DNA of 64,000 nt from a virus. The stretch covers positions 99,356-163,355 of IMG/VR virus record IMGVR_UViG_3300012039_000002; one strand, written 5' to 3'. The translations under genes and the position numbers were made by a program. Numbering within the stretch: the stretch's first letter is position 1; each line of letters opens with the position of its first letter. Positions 1-11,900 of the stretch are shown piece after piece. Below the pieces are notes generated by a model. It did not search any database, was not told where the DNA came from, and saw only the letters and a list, made by a program, of their open reading frames with translations.

Positions 1-1
1 A

Positions 2-2218
2 TTGAGAAACGCCTCTGGTACAGGCACTCCCGGTGAATCGGGTTACTCTGGTTTTTCAGGCGCAAATCCCGGCCCTACAGGCTCTGCAGGCGCCTCTGGC
101 TATTCTGGCGCCACAGGTTCTGGCTACAGTGGTTATTCAGGCCGATCGGGCACTTCTGGTAAATCAGGCTTCTCTGGTTCCGGCACTTCTGGTTACTCTG
201 GAATATCAGGCAGAGGTACAAGCGGGTATTCGGGTATAAGTGGTTCTGGTGTTTCTGGTTATTCTGGTCTTGCGGGATTATTTGCGGGCTCCGGCTATTC
301 AGGTGAAACTGGCAGTTCAGGCTATAGTGGCTATTCAGGCTACTCCGGTTACAGTGGTTCTGGTGTAAGCGGCTATTCTGGCGATTCTGGCTATTCTGGC
401 ATAGGGACTTCTGGCTATTCTGGCATAGGGACTTCTGGCTATTCTGGCGATTCTGGCTATTCTGGCATAGGGACTTCTGGCTATTCTGGCGATTCTGGAT
501 ATTCTGGTTCCGGTGTTTCCGGCTATTCGGGATTCAGTGGTTCAGGCACTTCGGGCTATTCCGGCGAACAAGGTAGCTCAGGCTACTCTGGAGATTCGGG
601 CTATTCCGGCGAACAAGGTAGCTCAGGATATTCGGGTTCTGGAGTAAGTGGCTATTCGGGCGTCTCAGGTTATTCCGGCTACTCTGGCTCTGGCGTATCT
701 GGCTACTCGGGTTTTTCTGGCTCTGGTGTATCTGGCTACTCGGGTTTTTCTGGTTCGGGTGTTTCCGGTTATTCTGGCTTCAGCGGTTATTCTGGCTTCA
801 GCGGTTATTCTGGAATTGGTACTTCGGGTTATTCTGGAATATCAGGACATTCAGGCTCAGGTGTTTCAGGTTATAGCGGCTATTCTGGCGTAAGCGGTTA
901 CTCTGGGTTTTCTGGCCGCTCTGGTGTAAGCGGATATTCAGGTTATTCAGGTAGGTCGGGCTATTCAGGCACTAATCCCGGTGTTCAGGGTGCTTCAGGT
1001 TATTCGGGTTATTCAGGCGGTTCTGGTATCGATGGTCTTCCTGGTGGAACATCTGGTTATTCTGGTTTTAGCGGATACTCAGGTGTTTCGGGTTATTCGG
1101 GTTCAGGTACTAGTGGTTATTCTGGCGAACAGGGCACTTCTGGTTATTCTGGTTCGGACGCTTTAACGTCAGGCTATTCTGGTATTGATGGCACATCTGG
1201 TTATTCTGGCATCAATGGCGTTTCTGGCTATTCTGGCATCGATGGAGTGTCTGGCTATTCTGGTGTCGACGGTTCATCTGGTTATTCGGGTTTTGTGCCG
1301 GGTGGCTCAGGCTATTCTGGTATTTCCGGTTATTCAGGTGAATCTGGTGCTTCGGGCTACTCAGGTTTCGTTCCTGGCGGCTCAGGTTACTCTGGCATTT
1401 CTGGCTATTCAGGCATTGGAACTTCGGGTTATTCAGGTTCTGGCGTTTCTGGCTACTCTGGTTTTTCTGGATCCGGTGTATCAGGCTATTCAGGCTATTC
1501 AGGTAAGTCAGGTTACTCGGGTCATTCAGGTTTTGTGGGTGCGACGGGAAATTCTGGCTATTCAGGCGCATCAGGTACTGATGCTCAATATTCTGGTTCA
1601 TCTGGCTATTCTGGTTCATCTGGCTATTCTGGTTCCTCTGGAACGTCAGGTTATTCTGGTAAGTCGGGCTACTCAGGAAATTCTGGTTATTCTGGCTTTG
1701 GATATTCAGGCTATTCAGGAGCTACAGGCCTTCAAGGTTATTCAGGCGAAGCAACGTCAGGCTATTCTGGCGGCCAGGGTAATCAAGGTCTTTCTGGCTA
1801 TTCTGGTTCTGGTGTGTCGGGTTACAGTGGTTCAGGTGTAAGCGGCTATTCGGGCTCAGGCGTTTCTGGCTATTCAGGCTTCTCAGGCTATTCAGGCTTG
1901 AGCACATCTGGTTACTCAGGTGAATCAGGCTATAGTGGCGCATCAGGCTACAGTGGTTATTCAGGAGTTTCAGGTTATTCTGGCACGCCGCCTGCAGGAC
2001 TGGGCACTTATTCTGGATGGTCTGGCGCTGGTTCAACCTTTGTTCAGAACTCCGGTGTAGCAGTAGGGACGCCACTGGTATTTTTGACTCCAACAGATGC
2101 ATCTGGAGCGACTTTATTTGGATACGTTTCTGGAATTGATGGAACTTCAGGCTTTACAGCAGGCTACACTTCGCCAACAGGCGTTGTCACCTGGAACTAC
2201 ATAATCTTTACAAGCTAA
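2..2218 (+). CDS. SGYSG-repeat fibre-like virion protein (5' partial)
   Basis: Open from the window edge. About 650 aa of G-x-S/SGYSG repeats, then a short C-terminal beta domain (GFTAGYTSPTGVVTWNYIIF) resembling tail-fibre tips. Confidence 0.8.
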   Translation: MRNASGTGTPGESGYSGFSGANPGPTGSAGASGYSGATGSGYSGYSGRSGTSGKSGFSGSGTSGYSGISGRGTSGYSGISGSGVSGYSGLAGLFAGSGYSGETGSSGYSGYSGYSGYSGSGVSGYSGDSGYSGIGTSGYSGIGTSGYSGDSGYSGIGTSGYSGDSGYSGSGVSGYSGFSGSGTSGYSGEQGSSGYSGDSGYSGEQGSSGYSGSGVSGYSGVSGYSGYSGSGVSGYSGFSGSGVSGYSGFSGSGVSGYSGFSGYSGFSGYSGIGTSGYSGISGHSGSGVSGYSGYSGVSGYSGFSGRSGVSGYSGYSGRSGYSGTNPGVQGASGYSGYSGGSGIDGLPGGTSGYSGFSGYSGVSGYSGSGTSGYSGEQGTSGYSGSDALTSGYSGIDGTSGYSGINGVSGYSGIDGVSGYSGVDGSSGYSGFVPGGSGYSGISGYSGESGASGYSGFVPGGSGYSGISGYSGIGTSGYSGSGVSGYSGFSGSGVSGYSGYSGKSGYSGHSGFVGATGNSGYSGASGTDAQYSGSSGYSGSSGYSGSSGTSGYSGKSGYSGNSGYSGFGYSGYSGATGLQGYSGEATSGYSGGQGNQGLSGYSGSGVSGYSGSGVSGYSGSGVSGYSGFSGYSGLSTSGYSGESGYSGASGYSGYSGVSGYSGTPPAGLGTYSGWSGAGSTFVQNSGVAVGTPLVFLTPTDASGATLFGYVSGIDGTSGFTAGYTSPTGVVTWNYIIFTS

Positions 2219-2228
2219 CGGGAGATAA

Positions 2229-3041
2229 ATGATGGTTCTTTTTATTAGATATACAAAAAGTTTGGGCGATTCAGCCATCTATACTCGCCTTAGAAATGCT
2301 ACGGGTCAGTTCTGGGATTTCGTAGCAGCAGCTTGGGTGAATTCTCTCGTTGCGGATTGTAAAGTGTTTCTGCTTGAATCAGTTTTCCCAGATGATGATT
2401 CGCAGGACGCTCTTTACTCAGCTACAGCATCGATTCCCAATGGCGGCCCTTGGGTAGAAGAAACAGTCTTAGTGTCCTCAGGCAAAGTTATTGGATACGA
2501 CAACACTGAGGGAGTAACCGATTCTGAAACTCTCAACTTAAAGCAATCTTTATTGGCTTATGTTGGAGATGCTGATAACGTCTTCTCTATTGTGGCAGGT
2601 TCATTTACTGGTCTTATCAATTTCTACGCTTGTTCGCTTGCTGATTTCTCCGCGAATATGGCTGATCCTGCTAACGCAACGCTTGTTTGCACATTGGGTC
2701 CTACTGGAGTGATGACTAATGTGGCTGACATAGCTACAAGTGGAGAAGTGCTATTCTTTAGACTCGAAACGTTCAATTGCCTTGCTGACTTGACTGTGAA
2801 CATATACGCCGCAGCCATCTATGGAAACGTAAGAGTCTACGTCCCTCTTGGTGCACAGACGATTGCAACCGCTTACGTGTATTATCCTACGGCTGACGCT
2901 AGTCTTCTAGTCTACGAAGGCAGCAACCTTATTACGTTTAGTGAAAGCGCTTACGGAAAGTCTCTGGCTTTGATCCCAACGATTAATTGGGACATGATTT
3001 CACAGCCAGTAAATCTTACTACTACTCAGGTAATAGTGTAA
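2229..3041 (+). CDS. putative virion protein; N-terminal domain paralogous to 22443-22904
   Basis: GGAG RBS; shares TKSL..YxRLxNxxGxFWDFV..AWV..CKVxLLE..GGPWxEE with the ORF at 22443. Confidence 0.7.
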   Translation: MMVLFIRYTKSLGDSAIYTRLRNATGQFWDFVAAAWVNSLVADCKVFLLESVFPDDDSQDALYSATASIPNGGPWVEETVLVSSGKVIGYDNTEGVTDSETLNLKQSLLAYVGDADNVFSIVAGSFTGLINFYACSLADFSANMADPANATLVCTLGPTGVMTNVADIATSGEVLFFRLETFNCLADLTVNIYAAAIYGNVRVYVPLGAQTIATAYVYYPTADASLLVYEGSNLITFSESAYGKSLALIPTINWDMISQPVNLTTTQVIV

Positions 3042-3053
3042 CGGAGATAAACA

Positions 3054-3392
3054 ATGGCGTTTGAATACGAAAAGCAGCCCTGGGAAGAGGAAATAGTTGG
3101 CGTTGATTTTTCTCGGCGTGTGCCTGCTACAACTTCTATCACTGCATACACAGTTGCAGTTGAAGAAACCATTTCTCCGCCGGGCTTTCAGGCTGGCAGC
3201 TATTCTCCCCACTTGAGTTGCGGCACACCAGCGCTGTCTGGTCCTGGCGTTGATCCTGCTAGACATAAAATACTCTCTTCGCTGCTTACGGGCGGCGTCA
3301 ACAACTTCCAATACCGTGTAACATTTAGAGTGACCTTGTTAGATGGTCAGAAAAAGGAAGAGGATGTTCTCGTAACGGTTAAGGAGACTTAA
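3054..3392 (+). CDS. fibre-tail adaptor-like protein
   Basis: KQPWEEEIVGVDF...GGVNNFQYRVTFRVT pattern typical of small phage fibre adaptors; lies directly upstream of a fibre gene. Confidence 0.55.
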   Translation: MAFEYEKQPWEEEIVGVDFSRRVPATTSITAYTVAVEETISPPGFQAGSYSPHLSCGTPALSGPGVDPARHKILSSLLTGGVNNFQYRVTFRVTLLDGQKKEEDVLVTVKET

Positions 3393-3393
3393 T

Positions 3394-6300
3394 TTGGCCA
3401 TAGTTTTTCAAAACAAGAACTTTGCTAAGTCTCTCGTTGCGACCCTTCTTGGTTCTGGCGGTCTAAGCATATCTGTCACTGCTGGCACGGGAGTAAGGTT
3501 CCCTCAAACTGGCTTGTTTAAGCTAGTTATTTGGGGCGCTGCGTATTCGAATCCTTCCGACGATCCCAACAGAGAAATAGTTCACGCTACATTATCAGCA
3601 GCGGATACTTTCACTATCGTTAGAGCTCAAGAAGACACAGTTGCAGGCACTTGGGTCGTTGGCTCTAAAGTCGCACACACAATTACTGCTGGAAAAATAA
3701 AAGAAATAGAAGATGAAATCTCTGTCGGCGGATCTGGATACTCAGGCTTTTCTGGCTATTCTGGTGTTGCTGGAGGCACTGGAGTTGCGGGCGTTTCTGG
3801 CTATTCTGGCTCAGGTGTAAGTGGCTACTCTGGCTCAGGCGTAAGTGGCTATTCTGGCTCAGGAATAAGCGGATATTCTGGCGAAGGTACTTCAGGTTAT
3901 TCAGGCGCGGTCGGTGATATTGGTTTTTCTGGTTATTCTGGTTTTAGCGGTGCTCTTGGATTTCCAGGCGGCCCTGGCTTATCAGGTATGTCAGGCTATT
4001 CCGGCTTTGGAATAAGTGGCTACTCTGGCTCTGGAGTGTCTGGTTACAGCGGAGATGCTGGCGTATCGGGCTATTCTGGCAGTGACGCTCAAACGTCAGG
4101 CTATTCTGGTGCAAGTGGCTATTCTGGCAGCGATGCTCAAACGTCGGGTTATTCTGGTGCAAGTGGCTATTCTGGACCAATGGGTCCTGGCGGCGGAGAT
4201 TCTGGTTATTCTGGTTATTCAGGTAGCGATGCTCAAACGTCTGGTTATTCAGGTTTTTCTGGTTATTCTGGTGTCGGTTTTTCTGGCTCTGACGGTTCGT
4301 CAGGCTATTCAGGCTACTCTGGCGTCGGAACGTCTGGCTATTCTGGCGTAGGTTTTTCTGGAGCAGATGGTACGTCTGGTTACTCTGGCTCTGGAATTTC
4401 TGGTTATTCCGGCTCTGGTGTCTCCGGTTACTCTGGTTCTGGCGTCTCCGGCTACTCTGGCTCTGGAACTTCAGGCTATAGTGGAATAAGCGGCTACTCT
4501 GGCTCTGGTGTTTCTGGCTACAGTGGAGCATCCGGCTACTCTGGCTCAGGCGTCAGTGGCTACTCTGGCTCAGGCGTCAGTGGCTACTCTGGTTCTGGCG
4601 TATCAGGTTACTCTGGCTATTCAGGAATTTCAGGTTACTCCGGCTACTCTGGTTATTCTGGAGTTTCAGGATATTCTGGCATTTCTGGCTATTCAGGTTA
4701 TTCAGGATATAGCGGAACGACGGGTACAGGATTCGACTACTATCTAAGAGATATAGCGTCTGATGTTAGCGGATATGGTGAATTAACTAGATCGACACCG
4801 TCAGAAGCTCAAAATGACGACTCTGTTACTACAACAAGTGGTGCTCTGATCGAGGCATATGCAACTGAATCAGGCGATCCAAATGTCACGTCTATTTCTC
4901 CAGGAAAGTGGGCTTTCCACTTCTGGGGCTGGGTTAACAACAACGCGGGTTTACAGACATTTGTTTACGATGTTTATAAGAGAGACGCGTCGGGTGTCGA
5001 AACACTTCTCTTCACAAAGAGCAGTGCATCAATTGAATCTACCGCTTCTGGCACACCGACCGAACTTCAAGACGATTATTTTGATGGCAGTGGATTCACG
5101 ATTGCTAATACAGATCGACTAGTTCTAAAAGTAAATGGCTTTACTGATACGGGCACTAGAACAATCCATCTACTCCATTCAGGCCCGACATTTGCGTCTC
5201 ACTTTTCAACGCCACTCACAGTGGGTATCTCTGGCAGTTCAGGTTTTAGTGGTTATAGTGGAATTGGAACATCTGGTTACTCTGGAGTTTCAGGCTACAG
5301 TGGCATAAGCGGCTATTCTGGAATATCTGGCTATAGCGGTTATTCAGGCTCGGGTGTTAGTGGCTATTCTGGCTCTGGCGTAAGCGGCTATTCGGGCTCG
5401 GGTGTTTCTGGCTATTCCGGATATTCAGGTTCTGGAGTAAGCGGTTATTCTGGTTCCGGAGTTTCTGGTTATTCTGGAACATCTGGCTATAGTGGCTATT
5501 CTGGCTCTGGCGTTAGTGGCTATTCTGGTGTCGATGGCGTTTCTGGCTACTCTGGTTCTGGAACCTCTGGTTACTCTGGTTTAGCGCCAGAAACAATTAC
5601 TTATCTGCCAACATGGGTTTCAGGTATTTCAGGCAGTTATTCAGGCGGAAATCTTGCTTCAATACAGACTGCTTATGACGCCGATGACTACATTGTCTGG
5701 GAAGTATCAGGCGTCCCTGGATTCGTAGTCAATGTCGATTACTCAGGTGTAGCGGCTTTCAATAAGGTCCAGCTTAGAACTGGCTATACGAACCCTAATC
5801 ACACTGTCTTAGTAGAAGCATACAACAGTGGTGATACCACATGGGATTCACTGGGTTCTTTCAGAGGATTTGCTGGTGGTTATGCAACATTCTCTTATGA
5901 CGTCATTACAGATGTTCCATACATCCAAGCTGGAGGCTACGTACAGACGAGGTTTTACCATCAGTCGACGGGTAATCCTGCTGATGAGTTCTTGCTTGAC
6001 TACATGACATTACAACAGGCTACCGCCGGCCCTCAGGGTCCTGAAGGTCAGTCGGGAGTATCCGGATATAGTGGAGTTTCAGGTTATTCTGGAACGTCGG
6101 GATACTCTGGTTATTCAGGCGATAGTGGTTATTCAGGACATAGTGGAAGCGGTATTTCTGGCTATTCTGGTTCTGGAACATCTGGTTATTCTGGTGTCTC
6201 AGGCTATTCTGGCTATTCTGGTTATTCGGGAATTTCAGGCTACAGTGGTGCTTCGGGCTACTCTGGTTATTCGGGAATTTCAGGTTACTCTGGATCTTCT

Positions 6301-7911
6301 GGTTATTCAGGCGTAAGTGGTGAAAATTATCCATGGCAAGGTGCTTGGGCTTCTGGAACTGCTTATGTGCCGAATGATACAGTCGGCTATCTAGGCGCCG
6401 GTTATATCTCAATTCAAAGCGGTTCGGGCCAAACCCCAGTTCCTACGAGCACGGCATACTGGGATTTGCTTACTGCTTCAGGCTATTCAGGAATGTCGGG
6501 CTATTCTGGTTACTCTGGCTCTGGAGTTTCTGGTTATTCTGGAATTGGCACTTCTGGCTATTCGGGCATTTCAGGCGCCTCTGGCTATTCTGGAATTTCT
6601 GGCTACTCCGGTTATTCAGGTTCTGGTGTAAGCGGCTATTCTGGCGTCGGAACATCTGGTTATTCAGGAGATTCTGGTTATTCAGGAATTACATATCCTT
6701 GGGAAGGCGCATGGGTTTCAGGCACGCTTTATCAAGTAAATGACACTGTAAGTTATCTTGGTGCAGGTTTCATTTCTATTCAAAGCGGAGTAGGACAGAC
6801 GCCTGATCCTGCAGGCACTGCTTATTGGGATCTTGTTTCTAGCTCAGGCTATTCAGGAATTTCAGGATATTCTGGCGTTTCTGGTTATTCAGGAGCTTCA
6901 GGTTATAGTGGTTACTCTGGCTCTGGCGTAAGTGGCTATTCTGGCTCAGGTGTAAGCGGCTATTCTGGCGTCGGAACATCTGGCTACTCTGGCTATTCTG
7001 GAGTATCTGGTTACTCTGGTTATTCAGGAATAAGTGGCTATAGTGGCTCAGGCGTATCGGGTTACTCTGGATATAGTGGCTATTCAGGTTCTGGTGTATC
7101 TGGCTATTCTGGCTCAGGTGTCTCTGGTTACAGCGGCTATTCAGGTTCTGGAATATCAGGTTACTCTGGTTCTGGAACATCTGGCTACTCTGGAGCCGGA
7201 ACGTCTGGCTATTCTGGAGTAAGTGGCTATTCGGGTGTCTCTGGCTACTCTGGTTCAGGTGTAAGCGGTTACTCTGGTTCTGGTGTGTCGGGTTATAGTG
7301 GCTATTCTGGCGCAGGAACTTCAGGCTACTCTGGAGCTGGAACTTCCGGTTATTCTGGCTCTGGTGTTTCAGGTTACTCTGGCTATTCTGGCTCTGGCGT
7401 AAGCGGCTATTCTGGTGTTTCTGGTGCCGGAACGTCTGGCTATTCTGGTGGAACTGGTACCGATGGTACTTCTGGCTATTCTGGTGGAACTGGTACTGAT
7501 GGTACGTCAGGTTACTCTGGATGGTCAGGCGCCGGAACGTCTGGCTACTCAGGATATTCTGGTCGTGCAGGTGTTAGAACTTACACATGGGTTATTGATA
7601 CGCCTGTGGCAAGTAGTGCTCTTGCATCTGGAGTTCCTGGTCCGCGCCTTCGTGAAGCTCAGACCGCCACAAGAGTAGACGCATACACTCTAAACAACTC
7701 TGGATGGACGATCAACATTCAAGAGAGAAGTGCTATCGGTACTTCAGGTTCTAACCTCATTGCAAGCACTTACTTCCCAGCTGCTGGCGGTTCTGTGGCA
7801 AGCTTCTCAGATGCTGCTCTTGCTGCCGACAACTGGCTCTGGCTACAGATAGTCGCTGTCTCTGGAACTCCAGGTCTTGGCGTTGTCACTCTAAGCACAA
7901 CGGTACCATAA
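3394..7911 (+). CDS. large tail fibre with SGYSG repeats and embedded globular domains
   Basis: N-terminal fibre anchor (GVRFP..EIV..TIVRAQEDT..TITAG), long G-x-S repeats, two YPWxGAW..WDL modules, C-terminal beta domain; TTG start. Confidence 0.8.
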   Translation: MAIVFQNKNFAKSLVATLLGSGGLSISVTAGTGVRFPQTGLFKLVIWGAAYSNPSDDPNREIVHATLSAADTFTIVRAQEDTVAGTWVVGSKVAHTITAGKIKEIEDEISVGGSGYSGFSGYSGVAGGTGVAGVSGYSGSGVSGYSGSGVSGYSGSGISGYSGEGTSGYSGAVGDIGFSGYSGFSGALGFPGGPGLSGMSGYSGFGISGYSGSGVSGYSGDAGVSGYSGSDAQTSGYSGASGYSGSDAQTSGYSGASGYSGPMGPGGGDSGYSGYSGSDAQTSGYSGFSGYSGVGFSGSDGSSGYSGYSGVGTSGYSGVGFSGADGTSGYSGSGISGYSGSGVSGYSGSGVSGYSGSGTSGYSGISGYSGSGVSGYSGASGYSGSGVSGYSGSGVSGYSGSGVSGYSGYSGISGYSGYSGYSGVSGYSGISGYSGYSGYSGTTGTGFDYYLRDIASDVSGYGELTRSTPSEAQNDDSVTTTSGALIEAYATESGDPNVTSISPGKWAFHFWGWVNNNAGLQTFVYDVYKRDASGVETLLFTKSSASIESTASGTPTELQDDYFDGSGFTIANTDRLVLKVNGFTDTGTRTIHLLHSGPTFASHFSTPLTVGISGSSGFSGYSGIGTSGYSGVSGYSGISGYSGISGYSGYSGSGVSGYSGSGVSGYSGSGVSGYSGYSGSGVSGYSGSGVSGYSGTSGYSGYSGSGVSGYSGVDGVSGYSGSGTSGYSGLAPETITYLPTWVSGISGSYSGGNLASIQTAYDADDYIVWEVSGVPGFVVNVDYSGVAAFNKVQLRTGYTNPNHTVLVEAYNSGDTTWDSLGSFRGFAGGYATFSYDVITDVPYIQAGGYVQTRFYHQSTGNPADEFLLDYMTLQQATAGPQGPEGQSGVSGYSGVSGYSGTSGYSGYSGDSGYSGHSGSGISGYSGSGTSGYSGVSGYSGYSGYSGISGYSGASGYSGYSGISGYSGSSGYSGVSGENYPWQGAWASGTAYVPNDTVGYLGAGYISIQSGSGQTPVPTSTAYWDLLTASGYSGMSGYSGYSGSGVSGYSGIGTSGYSGISGASGYSGISGYSGYSGSGVSGYSGVGTSGYSGDSGYSGITYPWEGAWVSGTLYQVNDTVSYLGAGFISIQSGVGQTPDPAGTAYWDLVSSSGYSGISGYSGVSGYSGASGYSGYSGSGVSGYSGSGVSGYSGVGTSGYSGYSGVSGYSGYSGISGYSGSGVSGYSGYSGYSGSGVSGYSGSGVSGYSGYSGSGISGYSGSGTSGYSGAGTSGYSGVSGYSGVSGYSGSGVSGYSGSGVSGYSGYSGAGTSGYSGAGTSGYSGSGVSGYSGYSGSGVSGYSGVSGAGTSGYSGGTGTDGTSGYSGGTGTDGTSGYSGWSGAGTSGYSGYSGRAGVRTYTWVIDTPVASSALASGVPGPRLREAQTATRVDAYTLNNSGWTINIQERSAIGTSGSNLIASTYFPAAGGSVASFSDAALAADNWLWLQIVAVSGTPGLGVVTLSTTVP

Positions 7912-7912
7912 G

Positions 7913-8653
7913 ATGGGAATAACGCTAGTAGGTGCAAACTTTTCAAGTGGTACATCGAGTGGCACATTTACAACATCACTGACGGCTCTTACTAGCGGCA
8001 TTGACACAGCTGCTAGAGCTGGAGACTTAGTTCTTGCTATCACAGCAGCTTCGAACAACGCCACAAGCGGTGCTGGTGTTTCGGGAGTGGCAGGAGTTGA
8101 ATATACAACTCTATTTACGGGTTACGCGAATGATAACTTAGACTGTTCTTGCTCTGTTCGGTACAAATATTTGACAGCAGAAGATGCTACTTGTTTGCAT
8201 TTCAGTAACGGTTTGCTAACTAGAGGCATGGTCGGAATTGCCACTGTTTGGAGAGGTGTAGACCCAGCGACTCCAATAAGTAATAGCGGCGCAGCTGCCA
8301 GCACAAATACTGGACGTGGAAATCCGCCGTCTGGAACAACGTGGGATAATCAGCGCCCGGGCGGAATGACTGTAATTATCGGAGCAGGAACTGCTTTTTC
8401 AGGAACAGCTTTTGGCGGCCATCTTGTATTTCCTGCTGGCTTCACAGGTATTGCTAGAGCTCGTCATAGTGGCACAGTTGTTTCAGGCGGTGTGAACGCT
8501 GCTATCGGATATAGACCTTGGTCGGGATATGGAATAGAAGATCCTGCAGCATTTACTAGCGGTTCTGTTTCAACTGCGGATTCTGCTCTCGGAATAATTG
8601 TCAGTCTCAACCCCTCTGTAAACGGCTGCATAATGGTAGCTGGAGAGATTTAG
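7913..8653 (+). CDS. putative fibre-associated/receptor-binding accessory protein
   Basis: AGDLVLAI and VWRGVD motifs seen in phage virion accessory proteins; S/G/T/A rich; starts 1 nt after the fibre stop. Confidence 0.6.
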   Translation: MGITLVGANFSSGTSSGTFTTSLTALTSGIDTAARAGDLVLAITAASNNATSGAGVSGVAGVEYTTLFTGYANDNLDCSCSVRYKYLTAEDATCLHFSNGLLTRGMVGIATVWRGVDPATPISNSGAAASTNTGRGNPPSGTTWDNQRPGGMTVIIGAGTAFSGTAFGGHLVFPAGFTGIARARHSGTVVSGGVNAAIGYRPWSGYGIEDPAAFTSGSVSTADSALGIIVSLNPSVNGCIMVAGEI

Positions 8654-8662
8654 GATAATGGA

Positions 8663-8929
8663 ATGTACGGAAACTATGAATATGGCTCTGTGCCCTATGG
8701 CGATTCATATGTAATAACCGTAACTATCGTCAGAGTAGGCGATATTGATGTCATATTTACTTCAAACAGGCGATCGCTGCTCTTTATATCAGAAAACAAA
8801 GCCTCGTTGTTTTCTTCAATTGACCCTCACATGACTATTTTTAAAGTCTTGGCTAAAGACTTTCCATTCGTTTCTCCAAAGAAGCGGAACATATTCATCA
8901 CTCAAGAAAAAATGGGACGATCACACTAA
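8663..8929 (+). CDS. small putative virion protein (MYG..YG..PYG N-terminus)
   Basis: Fills the gap between fibre genes; periodic F-x-S C-terminal pattern also seen in 22904-23134. Confidence 0.55.
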   Translation: MYGNYEYGSVPYGDSYVITVTIVRVGDIDVIFTSNRRSLLFISENKASLFSSIDPHMTIFKVLAKDFPFVSPKKRNIFITQEKMGRSH

Positions 8930-11900
8930 ATGCAGCGCATATATAAGAGATTCCGCGAATTATTAGACGCTTCTCAGCCAGACGCTGGGAAGTTTTTGCG
9001 TTGGAGCACTAGCGGAACAATAGAAAATGCTGTGGGCGTTTCTGGCTATAGCGGCGATTCGGGCTACAGTGGTACGTCAGGAAAATCGGGATATTCCGGC
9101 TCTAGTGTATCGGGTTATTCTGGTAAGTCGGGCTACAGTGGTCGAAGTGGCTATTCGGGAATTTCCGGCTCAGGTGTTTCTGGCTATTCAGGCACTTCTG
9201 GCTATTCTGGTGCTCATGGTGTAATCGGTTTGTCGGGCACATCAGGATACTCGGGAAGATCAGGATCAGGAGTGTCTGGCTATTCAGGTTCTGGTACTTC
9301 TGGCTATAGTGGCTATTCCGGAGTTACTGGATCACAAGGCGCCTCAGGCAAGTCAGGCTATTCTGGTGCCGATGGAGTTAACGGAGCTTCAGGTCACTCT
9401 GGCTACTCAGGCAAGTCGGGTTATAGCGGCGCAGACGGGTCTATCGGTTATTCAGGTGAATCAGGCTATTCTGGCTTTTCTGGCTCCGGTGTTTCTGGTT
9501 TTTCTGGCTCCGGTGTTTCAGGCTATTCAGGAATTGGTACATCAGGATATTCTGGCTTAGATGCTCAGATGTCCGGCTATTCGGGTTATAGTGGTCTCAG
9601 CGGGGTTGGACTTGTCGGCCCTCCAGGCACTTCTGGTTATTCTGGAATTGGCACTTCTGGTTATTCTGGAATTGGAACTTCTGGTTATTCTGGAGTCTCA
9701 GGCTTAGGTGTGTCGGGTTATTCTGGAGTCTCTGGCTCTGGTGTGTCAGGCTACTCCGGCGTTGCGCCGTCGACTACGACATATCTTCCATCTTCAGTTT
9801 CAACAAACGTTGGGTCGTATGTATCAGGAACTTTGACGTCTATACAGATATTTGGTGACAATGATGTTTATGAGGTAGATGAAGTTTCTGGAGTTCCCGG
9901 ATTTGATATTCGCATTGATTTTTCTGGAGTATCCGGCTTTAATAAAGCGCAAATGAATATTTGGTACACGGGTGTTGCCAATCACATACCTAAAGTGCAA
10001 ATCTATAACAACAACACAACAAGCTGGGATAGCATAGGTTCTCTAAACGACGATACAGAACTTCAATCGCACGAATTTGCTGTAATAAATAGTGTTCCGT
10101 ACATATCAGCCGGCGCAGTTTCGACTAGAATTTATCACGAAACATCTGGCATAATAACGCACGACATTTTAGTAGATTATTTTGTACTTCAAAATGCTAT
10201 TGGCGGCGCTCAAGGCATCCCCGGCTTTATTGGTCCTTCTGGCTATAGCGGCTCTAGTACCTCGGGTTACAGTGGACTCTCAGGTTATTCAGGACTTTCT
10301 GGTACTTCCGGTTCTGGTACGTCAGGTTATAGCGGTTTTGTAGGAGTACCAGGAGGCCAAGGAATATCTGGCTATTCTGGCATAAGTGGTTATTCCGGCA
10401 TAAGTGGGACTTCTGGTTATTCCGGTATTGGAACATCCGGTTATTCTGGAATAAGTGGTTATAGCGGTTCAGGCGTTTCAGGCTATAGCGGAATTTCAGG
10501 CTCAGGCGTAAGCGGTTATTCTGGTTCCGGAGCTTCGGGTTACAGCGGCTATTCTGGTTTTGGAGTGTCGGGTTACAGTGGTTCAGGTGTAAGTGGCTAT
10601 TCTGGTTCTGGTATTTCCGGTTATTCGGGTGACATAGGAACTTCGGGCTACTCAGGATTAAACGCTGATTCAGGATCGCCCGGCGTATCCGGCTACTCTG
10701 GCTATTCTGGTATTGGCACGTCGGGCTATTCTGGTATCGGTACATCCGGGTATTCAGGCGATAGCGGTATTTCTGGCTACTCTGGTTCTGGTGTAAGTGG
10801 ATACTCTGGTTATAGCGGCGTTTCAGGAATTTCTGGCTACTCTGGTGTGTCTGGTTCTGGTGTGTCTGGTTATTCTGGTTACTCTGGTTCTGGTGTGTCC
10901 GGTTACTCTGGTGTCTCTGGCTTTTCTGGTTACTCTGGTTCTGGTTATTCTGGTTATTCTGGTTATTCTGGTTACTCTGGTTCTGGTGTATCTGGTTATT
11001 CTGGTTACTCTGGTTCTGGCGTGTCTGGTTATAGTGGCTATTCTGGCTCCGGTGTAAGTGGCTATTCTGGTTCTGGCGTATCAGGTTATAGTGGCTATTC
11101 TGGTTCTGGCGTATCGGGTTATTCAGGACAAGACGGTGCGACGGGAAATTCTGGCGACTCTGGCTACAGTGGCGCCTCGGGATACTCTGGCCAGGATGGT
11201 ATCATCGGCTTTAATGGCGACTCTGGCTACAGTGGCCTCTCAGGATACTCTGGCTACAGCGGCTACTCTGGCTCAGGTGTAAGTGGTTATAGTGGCTATT
11301 CTGGCTACAGTGGCGTTTCAGGATATTCTGGTTATAGTGGCATTTCGGGCTACAGCGGCTCTGGCATTTCGGGCTACAGTGGCTCTGGCGTAAGTGGCTA
11401 CAGCGGGCTCTCACCAGAAAATGTCACTTACTATGCTAGTGGCTTTGATGTGCTGACAGGAACTCTCACATCTGGGACTACTCTTTCTCTATCTGGCTTC
11501 AATGACGGTGACTTTGCTCATGTAGACGAAGTTGGAGGTGCTCCGGGATTTGACATTCGTATTGGCTTCTCTGGTGTCGACACTTTCAACGAAGTAATAC
11601 TAAATGCTTTTTATCTTGGTAGTGCTGGTCACATAGTAAAAGTTGACTTCTTCAATAATGCAACCTCTGGCTGGGATTCGTTTGGAACACTGAATGATGA
11701 CATAGCTTTTCAGGTCCACGAGTTCCCAATCCCAGATGATACTGATTATATTGCTACAGGTGGAGTGGTTGCTTCAAGAATATATCATTATTCTAATGGT
11801 CAAACGTCGCATGATTTTGACTTAGACTATTTTGTCATCCGAGATTCCATTGGCGGCTCTCAAGGAATAGAAGGCATATCTGGCTACTCTGGCTACTCTG